Origin: an uncultured Calditrichaceae bacterium
Lineage (GTDB): Bacteria > Calditrichota > Calditrichia > RBG-13-44-9
NCBI GenBank assembly: GCA_964495805.1
Contig: CAZBWV010000038.1
Location: 14,676 to 78,675, forward strand
Direction: 5' to 3'
DNA: 64,000 bases
Below the pieces are notes generated by a model. It ran no database searches and was not told where the DNA came from. It was given only the letters and a program-made list of their open reading frames with translations. Positions within the stretch are counted from its first letter, which is position 1. Each line of letters opens with the position of its first letter. The translations under genes were made by a program, and so were the position numbers. This document shows positions 46,460 through 54,926 of the stretch, one piece after another.

Positions 46460-47584
46460 ATGAAAATCCCATTTATCCTCGGAATTATTCTGGTGTTCAG
46501 TCAGATGCTGTTTTCCACCCCTCAACCGGATGATTCCACACAAGCCTTTATCTCGAAAGAGTTTTATCATTCCCATCAGACCAGCATTAAAGGTTATCCT
46601 TACATTTACTACACCCCGGAAACAGCGCTGGCGATTGGGGTTGGTGGAATTGCCACCTTTTACACCTCCCGGGAATTGATTTTACGACCTTCTAAAATTT
46701 CCCTTTCCGGTTACTATTCCACACGCAAACAATACAAAATATCCCTGACCCCCCAATTGTACATGCTAAAGAACCGGTATTTTCTGTCCGGAAACATCAA
46801 TTTTGGGGATTTTGTGGACAAGTTCTGGGGCATCGGCAGTACCTCGCCCGATATGAAAAATGTGGATTACGACTCGCGTGCATGGGGGATACTGATCAAT
46901 TTCCAGTATCCGCCGTTGCTTCAGTTCATGCCACAAAATAAAAGCGGCATTATCTACGATTACTACCACTACCTGATTCGCGATGCCCGGAACAATCCCG
47001 GCTTACATCATCCCAACCTCATCGGACGAAACGGGGGGGTGAGTTCCGGATTGGGATTCACTGTGGTGTGGGACACCCGGGATCACATTTTTTTCCCCAC
47101 CGCCGGTGGTTACTATCAGATAAAAGCCATTTACTATATGCGTTCACTGGGAAGCAGCTACGATTTTAACAGCTACGAGATCGATTTGCGAAAATATTTT
47201 GGATTTGGAGACCAGGAGGTCCTGGCAGTGCAGGTATTTGCCAGTTTTGCCGCGGGACACCCTCCGTTTTATGAGCTACCCATGCTGGGTGGCGCCAATC
47301 TGATGCGCGGTTACTACCAGGGACGTTACCGCGACCGCTATTTTATGAGCACCCAGATGGAATATCGTATCCATCTGTGGTGGCGCATCGGTGCCGTAAC
47401 ATTTCTGGCGCTGGGAGATGTGGCCCCAACAATGCAAAAATTTAATATTCGTTATGCGAAAGTATCTGGCGGCTTCGGTCTTCGTTTCCTGTTTAATCAA
47501 AAAGAAAAAGTGAATGTGCGAATGGATATTGGATTCGGGCAGGGAACCTCGGGAGTTTACTTCGGGATGGAAGAAGCGTTTTAG
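46460..47584 (+). CDS. Omp85 (BamA/TamA-family) barrel without evident POTRA domains
   Basis: YYTPETALAIG, DTRDH..FPTAG, MRGYYQGRYRD lid-lock motif, C-terminal EEAF; only 374 aa. Confidence 0.82.
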   Translation: MKIPFILGIILVFSQMLFSTPQPDDSTQAFISKEFYHSHQTSIKGYPYIYYTPETALAIGVGGIATFYTSRELILRPSKISLSGYYSTRKQYKISLTPQLYMLKNRYFLSGNINFGDFVDKFWGIGSTSPDMKNVDYDSRAWGILINFQYPPLLQFMPQNKSGIIYDYYHYLIRDARNNPGLHHPNLIGRNGGVSSGLGFTVVWDTRDHIFFPTAGGYYQIKAIYYMRSLGSSYDFNSYEIDLRKYFGFGDQEVLAVQVFASFAAGHPPFYELPMLGGANLMRGYYQGRYRDRYFMSTQMEYRIHLWWRIGAVTFLALGDVAPTMQKFNIRYAKVSGGFGLRFLFNQKEKVNVRMDIGFGQGTSGVYFGMEEAF

Positions 47585-47705
47585 TGAAACAAGAATTCGG
47601 GAACCAATATGGGATAAAAAGTCATTCGCTCAAATTCAATTACCACTCCATCCCATGCCCTTTTATTTGTAAATTGAGCATTTTAGTGAAACAGAAAGTA
47701 TTGGA

Positions 47706-48749
47706 ATGGTTCGGCTTCAATTACATAGTTGGGTATTTCTCTGGCTGATCGGATCCATTCTGCTTGGCTGGTCTGGATTGGTGTTTGGTGGTACCGATAT
47801 CGTAGTGATGAATAATGGCGACCGGTTGGTGGGAGAAATTAAAGGAATGGATCAGGGAATTCTGCATCTCGAAACCGATTACAGTAAAAAAGATTTTCAG
47901 ATTGAGTGGAAAAAAATTAAATTTATCCGGAGCTCGGCCAGTTTTGTACTGGTTCTCTCCAGTGGCCGTCGGTATGTGGGCAGTTTGCAGACGGATTTTC
48001 AGGATTCCACCCAGCTTCTAATTCGGGAAAAGCTGGGAACCTACACAGTGGATATTCACCAGGTGGTTTACATTAAACCCATCAAGGAAACGTTCAAAGA
48101 CCGCCTTAACGCAAATTTCGATTTCGGGTACTCACTCACTAAAGCAAACAAAGCCCAGCAATTGAATCTGAGCGGTACCATTGGTTATATTACACGTTCC
48201 TGGATGAGCGCCTTTAATTTCAACTCGTTAAGTAATTTTCAGGAGGGCGCTCCTCGTTCCAGTGCCACCGACGGCGACATCAACTACCGGCGCTTTCTGA
48301 CTCTGAACTGGTTCGGAATTGTGTCAGGAACTTTTCGCTCCAGCGACGAACAACAACTGGACCTGCGAACCACGTTCAATGTGGGTGGAGGTAAATATTT
48401 TGTGCAAAATAACCGACTTTATTTCATGGCGGTGGTGGGAGGTGCATTCATGATGGAAAAATTCAAAGGAGAGGAATTCCCCAGTAATCGGAGCATGGAA
48501 GGATTGTTGCAAACCGAATTTAATGCATTCGATACCGGCGACCTGGATTTCTTTGCCCAGCTTTCAGCTTACCCCAACCTCTCCGAATCCAACCGCTGGC
48601 GCCTGGTCCTGAACACCAATCTGAAGTGGAAACTCCCTTACGATTTTTATTTTAAACTCAGTTACACCCACAATTACGACAGCAAACCGCCCAACGAAGC
48701 CTCCAAAAGCGACTATTCCATTACCACTTCCGTTGGGTGGAAATTTTAA
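47706..48749 (+). CDS. DUF481-like outer-membrane protein
   Basis: D.VVMNNGDRLVGEIK N-terminal module; C-terminal YDSKPP...TSVGWKF. Confidence 0.75.
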   Translation: MVRLQLHSWVFLWLIGSILLGWSGLVFGGTDIVVMNNGDRLVGEIKGMDQGILHLETDYSKKDFQIEWKKIKFIRSSASFVLVLSSGRRYVGSLQTDFQDSTQLLIREKLGTYTVDIHQVVYIKPIKETFKDRLNANFDFGYSLTKANKAQQLNLSGTIGYITRSWMSAFNFNSLSNFQEGAPRSSATDGDINYRRFLTLNWFGIVSGTFRSSDEQQLDLRTTFNVGGGKYFVQNNRLYFMAVVGGAFMMEKFKGEEFPSNRSMEGLLQTEFNAFDTGDLDFFAQLSAYPNLSESNRWRLVLNTNLKWKLPYDFYFKLSYTHNYDSKPPNEASKSDYSITTSVGWKF

Positions 48750-48780
48750 TTGATGAAAAAGTGTTAAAAAGGTGATTCCC

Positions 48781-51270
48781 ATGAAGCAGTTCATTTTTTT
48801 ATTGATTTTTCTGGGAGGGTTGGTGGTTTCGCCGGCTCAGGAAGCAGAACCTGCTGCTCCGGCCGATCAAAAAACCACACAACCCAAAGCACCCGTCTCC
48901 ATTCCAGTAACCGAAATCACCATTCAGGCGGACCAGGTACACGGAAAACTAAACGCCATTCGGGAAGAAACCACTCTCAATCCGGAAATTCAGAAGCTCA
49001 TGGAAGAATGGCCTGCTATTCTGGATTCCCTGATCGCCAGAGAAAAGGAGCCCATATTTCAGAAGCTGGATCAACTTTCGCCGCGCAAATTGCAGGGGTT
49101 CGAACAGGAATGGAGCGTCATATTAAAACGTCTGAACCAATGGAACGATTTGCTTTTGGAGCAGATTCAGCTTCTTCAGGAAAAGAAAAAATGGTTGAAC
49201 CAGAACTACGCTCAGTGGGAAGTAACCGCTAAGGCTATCGAAGAGGAGGACATTCCCCAGAGCATCCGGGATCGGATCGCCTCCATCATGACAGAGATCG
49301 ACACCGTGCGTAACCACATTGTGGACCGACTCAATACTCTGCTTAATTTACAGAACCAGATCTCCGAACAACAGATTACAATTGGCGAACTGCTCAATGC
49401 CATCAACACCACCGAAACGGAACTTCGCACCCATCTGTTTATTCAGGACAGTCCGCCTTTGTGGGAAGCCTTCGGAGCCACAAAGGATAGTCTGAGTTTT
49501 CGGAGTAAGGAACGGGAAGCCTGGCAAAATTTCGCGGACACATTGGATGGTTTCTACCGTTCCAACCTTCAGGCTATTAAAATCCACCTGCTCCTTTTCA
49601 TGATTACTCTTTTCATAATGGTTTATTTTTACTGGAGAAATAAGCAGGAAAAACTGTTTCGGGAAGGCGAAGATGTATTAAAAGCTTCGGCTTTTTTCAT
49701 CTCCCGGCCAGTTTCTGCCGCATTACTGGTTACTCTATTCTTTTCCATCTGGCTTTACCAGAATGTTACGGATGCTATTTCGGAGCTTTTCATTATCATC
49801 CTGCTAATTCCTTTTCTCCGACTGATGACCGGAGTGGTGGTACCGGAGAGGCGAAAAGCAGTGTACCTGCTTTCCTTTCTTTACTTTCTGGTATTTGTGA
49901 ATAACAACGCTGTAAACGACGTGTTGATTCAGCGCTTGCTATTGCTGGTAATCACCCTTATTACTACCGCCCTATTTGCCTGGATTGTGTATCAGGTTCA
50001 TCCGGTTGCTCATCAGCGGGTAAAACCATGGCCTAAATTCTTATTTCGTATTCTGCCAGTGGCAATTCTTGCCCTGTTCGTAGCACTGGTCGCCAATATT
50101 ATTGGTAGTGTGGTACTGGCACACCTGATTGTAGTGGGAATTATCAAAAGTGTTATTATTGGAACCATTTTGTACGTCATTGCCCGGGTGATTGATGGAA
50201 TGGTCGTGCTTTTAATCCGCAAACGCACCATTCAGGGCCTGCAATTTGTGGACACATACGCCCATCGTATGGAACACTGGGCTGTTTTTGCGGTTCATCT
50301 GATTGCGTTTTTTGTGTGGGTTCGTGCAACTCTGAAAGCATTTCGGTTGTACGACCCGGTTTACGATTGGTTACAGATGATTCTGGAAACCCGCTGGCAA
50401 ATTGGTGCTCTAACCATCTCCGTGGCCAGCATTGTGAACTTCATTCTGATTCTTACCGTTACCTTTGTCATTGCCCGGCTCATACGCATTTTACTGGATA
50501 TTGAAGTGTTTCCCCGAATTCGTCTTCCGCGGGGAATACCCGGCGCCATCTCCATGGTGGTGCGCTATACCGTCATCGGACTGGGATTTTTCCTGGCGCT
50601 TTCTGCCATGGGAATCGATCTGGGTAAATTCGGATTGCTGGCGGGTGCCCTGGGGGTTGGTCTTGGTTTTGGCCTGCAGAATGTAATCGCCAACTTTGTC
50701 TCCGGGCTCATCCTGGTGTTCGAACGCCCCATTCAGGTGGGAGATAAAATAGAAGTGGGGAACGTGCTGGGATTGGTCAAACAAATTGGTGTACGCTCCA
50801 GCACCATTCGTACTTTCGATGGTTCGGAGGTGATTGTCCCCAATGCCGACCTTATCTCCCAACAGGTAACCAACTGGACACTCTCGGACAATCGCCAGCG
50901 GATGAAACTACCAGTTAAGGTGGCATTCGACTCGGATCCGGAGGAAGTGCTGGAGCTTCTGCTACGAATTGCCCGTGAACATCCCGGGGTGTTAAACGAC
51001 CCGGAACCCATTGCCACGTTTAATGGATTTGGGGATTATTTTCTGGATTTCACGCTGTATTACTGGGTGAGTACCAATATTCTCCAGACCAAAACGGAAG
51101 TAGCGTTGCAGGTGTACCGGGCAATTCAGACGCTTGGCATCGAAAAACCACGTCCTGAGCAAAAACTCTATTTGAAGAATTTAGAGGAACAGCAAAGCAA
51201 GCGTGCCTCTGGTAAACGGAAATCCGGGAAAGGCACTGGTTCTTCTTCCCAAAAGGAATCGGAGCCATGA
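48781..51270 (+). CDS. Large MscS-family mechanosensitive channel (MscK-like)
   Basis: Periplasmic coiled coil, many TMs, GALGVGLGFGLQNVIANFVSG, RPIQVGD, VPNADL, VTNWT. Confidence 0.93.
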   Translation: MKQFIFLLIFLGGLVVSPAQEAEPAAPADQKTTQPKAPVSIPVTEITIQADQVHGKLNAIREETTLNPEIQKLMEEWPAILDSLIAREKEPIFQKLDQLSPRKLQGFEQEWSVILKRLNQWNDLLLEQIQLLQEKKKWLNQNYAQWEVTAKAIEEEDIPQSIRDRIASIMTEIDTVRNHIVDRLNTLLNLQNQISEQQITIGELLNAINTTETELRTHLFIQDSPPLWEAFGATKDSLSFRSKEREAWQNFADTLDGFYRSNLQAIKIHLLLFMITLFIMVYFYWRNKQEKLFREGEDVLKASAFFISRPVSAALLVTLFFSIWLYQNVTDAISELFIIILLIPFLRLMTGVVVPERRKAVYLLSFLYFLVFVNNNAVNDVLIQRLLLLVITLITTALFAWIVYQVHPVAHQRVKPWPKFLFRILPVAILALFVALVANIIGSVVLAHLIVVGIIKSVIIGTILYVIARVIDGMVVLLIRKRTIQGLQFVDTYAHRMEHWAVFAVHLIAFFVWVRATLKAFRLYDPVYDWLQMILETRWQIGALTISVASIVNFILILTVTFVIARLIRILLDIEVFPRIRLPRGIPGAISMVVRYTVIGLGFFLALSAMGIDLGKFGLLAGALGVGLGFGLQNVIANFVSGLILVFERPIQVGDKIEVGNVLGLVKQIGVRSSTIRTFDGSEVIVPNADLISQQVTNWTLSDNRQRMKLPVKVAFDSDPEEVLELLLRIAREHPGVLNDPEPIATFNGFGDYFLDFTLYYWVSTNILQTKTEVALQVYRAIQTLGIEKPRPEQKLYLKNLEEQQSKRASGKRKSGKGTGSSSQKESEP

Positions 51271-52574
51271 AAATCATTACTGTTTTGCTTTTATTGATGC
51301 TTATTGGCTCAACAGGCTCAACTGCTCCGGGAGCAGAACATGCGGGAAGGGCAAACACCCCCGAACAAACCTGGGCGCTGGGAATTATGTTTCGCACCGC
51401 CAACATTCCTTATCTCAGTCCGGACGAAAAGCAAATATACAGCGCTATTCCTATGATTTTTTACCGGGGAAACCGGGTCTATTTTCGTGGAATTGCCGGA
51501 GGGGTACATCTGTACCGTCACCCTGCTTTCCAGGTAAATGCGGTTTCTCGAATTCATTTTGTGGATCTACCGGACAAGTACCAGAACAGGGTGCAACCAA
51601 CCAATCTGGACACCGGGATTCAATTTCGCTATTTACCAGGTTATTCGCTTTTTGTGGATGTGGAGGGGATGCTGGATATCCAGCTCAATCCTTCAGTGAA
51701 TTTCCGGGTGGGAATGGAGTGGCGAACACCCGGATACTTTCTGTCCCCCTATCTTCAGGCAAAATGGAAAAGCAGCGACTACAACTCCCATTACTATGGT
51801 CTGACCCTGGAAACCATTCCCGCGGGAGTGGATTATTCCGTGGGCTTGCTGGCCAGTGCACATGTGTGGAGCAACTTTTCGGTAATGGCGCTGGGACGCG
51901 TTACCCGCATCGGGAAGCAAGCACAGCAGGCGCGTTACGTTCAGGATACATATTCGGGAGAATTCCAGCTGGGATTTGGTTTTTCCAACGATCCCACCCG
52001 GCTGCGGAAACAGAAATTACACAACCGTCCCTACCTGCGCGTAGCCCAGGGGTGGGCTACTTATTCGGATTTCTGGCATACGAACTTCCTTCAGCTGGAA
52101 CCGGATAGCCTGGGGCATCAGCTTACCTCCCTGTTTTATGGGCATCCCCTCACAGATGAAGTCCTGGGAATTCCCATGGATGTGTACCTGACCCCGGGTG
52201 TTGCCTTTCACTGGCCATCTTCCCACCAGAGCAGCGCAGTGGAAGTTGTGCTTGCGGTTAAAGTGTTCTTAAACATTCCCTGGCCCATACGCTGGCGATT
52301 AGGTGGCTCGGAAGGATTCTCCTTTATCAACCACGTCACCTATATCGAACAAACCGGTTTCGCCCAAAAAGGTTACCAACCGGTGAAGTTTTTAAACTAT
52401 CTGGACTGGAGCTACGATTTTAATGCGGGCGATGTATTAGGTAAGCAGTTTAAACACCTCTGGTTAGGATACGGAGTGCATCATCGTTCGGGCATCTACG
52501 AAGCAGCCCAACAATTCGGACGGGTTAACGGCGGCAGTAATTACTATACTTTTTATTTGCAGTGGGAATGGTGA
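51267..52574 (+). CDS. MipA/OmpV-family protein with an additional C-terminal barrel-like domain
   Basis: N-half AIPMIFYRGNRVYFRG...SSDYNSHYYG (MipA-like); C-half ends GVHHRSG...GGSNYYTFYLQWEW. Confidence 0.7.
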   Translation: MKIITVLLLLMLIGSTGSTAPGAEHAGRANTPEQTWALGIMFRTANIPYLSPDEKQIYSAIPMIFYRGNRVYFRGIAGGVHLYRHPAFQVNAVSRIHFVDLPDKYQNRVQPTNLDTGIQFRYLPGYSLFVDVEGMLDIQLNPSVNFRVGMEWRTPGYFLSPYLQAKWKSSDYNSHYYGLTLETIPAGVDYSVGLLASAHVWSNFSVMALGRVTRIGKQAQQARYVQDTYSGEFQLGFGFSNDPTRLRKQKLHNRPYLRVAQGWATYSDFWHTNFLQLEPDSLGHQLTSLFYGHPLTDEVLGIPMDVYLTPGVAFHWPSSHQSSAVEVVLAVKVFLNIPWPIRWRLGGSEGFSFINHVTYIEQTGFAQKGYQPVKFLNYLDWSYDFNAGDVLGKQFKHLWLGYGVHHRSGIYEAAQQFGRVNGGSNYYTFYLQWEW

Positions 52575-52660
52575 GAGTGGGAACGGAGATTCACCAACTT
52601 ACTCCCCAACACTTTTCCGTCCCCTATACCCCCTGCATCTCCGTCCATTAAGTCCCATTC

Positions 52661-52685
52661 ATTTTACATTTTACATTTTACATTT
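52661..52685. repeat. Heptamer tandem repeat (ATTTTAC)x3.5
   Basis: attttac attttac attttac attt. Confidence 0.75.
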
Positions 52686-52730
52686 AACCCTCACTACCTC
52701 CCATCTCCCTAATACCTATTACTTCCCCAC

Positions 52731-52774
52731 AACCAAAAACCCCTCGAAGTTTAACCACTTCAAGGGGTTTGGTT
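52731..52774. terminator. Probable terminator between convergent OMP genes
   Basis: aaacccctcgaagt / acttcaaggggttt stem with one mismatch. Confidence 0.6.
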
Positions 52775-52799
52775 CATGAACAATTTTCAAACTTCGTTT

Positions 52800-53414
52800 T
52801 TAATACCAGCCCAATTCGTAAGCAAATCCGATTTTCAGGGTCAGGTAGGGAAAATCGTCCGTCTGTTCGGAAATGGTTTTGACACCGTTTACCCACTGAT
52901 AAGTACCGGACACCATAAACATCACGTCGGGGCGAATGGGGAAGAAAAATCCGATTTTCGGTGCCAGGCCAAACTGCCAGGTTCTCGATTCAAATGAATA
53001 GATTCCAATATCCATGCGTTGCAGAAAACGATACACCCCCACATTCAGACCGATAAAAGGATGAATGGCTGCATTATGCAGGAACACGTAGCGTGCGCTG
53101 AGCATCAATGGGAAGTTATTAATATAGCGGTCCTGCACTCCGGAAATATCCGCATAGTCCAGATGAATCCGTTCGCTGGTACGTTCGTAAAAAATGTGCC
53201 AGTTTACCGAAACACCCACCGCCAGACTGGAGCTCACATATTTCCCAAATTCAAAACCAAATCCGCGAAAACTGGTGTTACTGATGTAATCCTTGGTATT
53301 TCCCGTGGGAAAGGAAATGCCGTAATTTAAAATTCCATAGGAACCCTGTGCCTGAACTGAAGAAAGCCCCACTAATAGAGTGAGCAGCATTACAACAAAA
53401 AGTTTTATTTTCAT
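52800..53414 (-). CDS. OmpW/OmpA-like 8-stranded beta-barrel
   Basis: Start set at MKIKLF; YISNTSFRG, FGLAPKIG; aromatic C-terminus. Confidence 0.72.
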   Translation of the reverse strand: MKIKLFVVMLLTLLVGLSSVQAQGSYGILNYGISFPTGNTKDYISNTSFRGFGFEFGKYVSSSLAVGVSVNWHIFYERTSERIHLDYADISGVQDRYINNFPLMLSARYVFLHNAAIHPFIGLNVGVYRFLQRMDIGIYSFESRTWQFGLAPKIGFFFPIRPDVMFMVSGTYQWVNGVKTISEQTDDFPYLTLKIGFAYELGWY

Positions 53415-53481
53415 GTTTTTCTCTCCGTTTTTTCCTGTTTGCACTTCAAAACGCTTTATCGAAACGTGAAAAACTCCGGGA

Positions 53482-54162
53482 TTATTTCCCCTCTCCTAAA
53501 TAGGGAGACTGATCGAACGCCTTTTTAATTCCGGTTTCGATTCGATTTCTCAGGTTCACTGAATTGTCTTCCAGAAGCCCGTTTAATGCCGCCACCCATG
53601 GAATGGGCATTACTTTATTTTCTTCATCATAGTTTTTCACATCCAGCATGGAGATAAAAATGGTTCCGGCGGTAAAGGAATATGTTCCACCCCCATAATA
53701 AGGTGGGTAGTACCATCCCCAACCAGGAGGATAACCCCACCAACTCCAACCGGGATACCAGCCCCACCAATCCCAGTATCCACCATAATAACCTACATAT
53801 TCCGTGTTTGTCGCGGCAATCAGAAACACCGCATCCGGTTTATTCTGCTCAGGATTGGTTTCCTTTACAAAGCCCATTCGCTCAATATTTTCCCGAACCT
53901 TACTGATAATAAAATCATCATTAGAGTGGTCAATTTCATCCTGATGGGAAGAATCGGTGAGAAACACCACCGTATCCGGTAATACATACGTTTTGAATCG
54001 GCTATAATCCACATTTTTATCAAACAACGTAATTACCAGGTCCATCTGGCTGACGCTTAACGGATCGCCCGGATAACAGGATGTAAGAACCACGATCATT
54101 CCGAGAACCATCACGAAAGCCGACACAAGAAGACCCCGACGGGTTTTTTGAGATAACTTCAT
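53482..54162 (-). CDS. DUF4136-like lipoprotein
   Basis: Lipobox LTSC; DYSRFKTY; W/Y/G-rich linker; GTIFISMLD; AFDQSPYL. Confidence 0.75.
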   Translation of the reverse strand: MKLSQKTRRGLLVSAFVMVLGMIVVLTSCYPGDPLSVSQMDLVITLFDKNVDYSRFKTYVLPDTVVFLTDSSHQDEIDHSNDDFIISKVRENIERMGFVKETNPEQNKPDAVFLIAATNTEYVGYYGGYWDWWGWYPGWSWWGYPPGWGWYYPPYYGGGTYSFTAGTIFISMLDVKNYDEENKVMPIPWVAALNGLLEDNSVNLRNRIETGIKKAFDQSPYLGEGK

Positions 54163-54214
54163 TGCACCTCCTGTTGGTTAATCGTTACTTATGTTTACAA
54201 AATGTTCCCATCAC

Positions 54215-54769
54215 CTATTTTTTGCCCGATTTAGGCGGGAACTGATTTAATATTTGTTCCACAATTCGGTCCAGATTGGCTTGTATCTTCTGGGGATCCT
54301 TATACCCCTTGACGACATCGGTGGCCATTCCCCGCCATACCAGCTGTTTTCGCTTGACATCTACGATATCGATAATCAACGTTCCCTCTTCGTACTGATA
54401 GACATCCACATTGCGGTAACCCACCGGTCCCCACCAGGGATCGTACCAGCCGTAGCCTCCCCAGTTAGTTACACTTACCCTATCTTTGATTCCCGCATGG
54501 ACAAAAACCAGCATATCGGGATTATCCGAATCGGTTTGCTGAAATCCTTTGCTTTCCAGAATTTGTGCAACGGTTTCCTGTACTCTTTTCTGAATCAGCG
54601 GATGTTTGGCCAATTCATCGCCCGGGATGGGATCACCATCATAAAACCGAAACGTTTTAAACTTGCTAAAATCAGTGGCATGGTCCCAGTCCGATATTAC
54701 AGACATGCTGGAACATCCCACCATGGCCAGAAGCGCCAATCCTATGGCAAAAATTCGAAACATTTTCAT
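54215..54769 (-). CDS. DUF4136 lipoprotein
   Basis: Lipobox MVGC; DFSKFKTF; YEEGTLIIDIVD; LVWRG; QFPP. Confidence 0.85.
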   Translation of the reverse strand: MKMFRIFAIGLALLAMVGCSSMSVISDWDHATDFSKFKTFRFYDGDPIPGDELAKHPLIQKRVQETVAQILESKGFQQTDSDNPDMLVFVHAGIKDRVSVTNWGGYGWYDPWWGPVGYRNVDVYQYEEGTLIIDIVDVKRKQLVWRGMATDVVKGYKDPQKIQANLDRIVEQILNQFPPKSGKK

Positions 54770-54926
54770 TGTAAACTCCTTTTCGTTGAATTCAACATCA
54801 GTTTATTTTTCTGTAACAGAATAAGATAAATCATTTTCCGGCAATTTGCCATTTCTTTTTACCCTGCTTTCAATATAAATCGCCATTTTGTGCCAATCGA
54901 GGGTGCCGATGCAAGCACAGGTCTAT

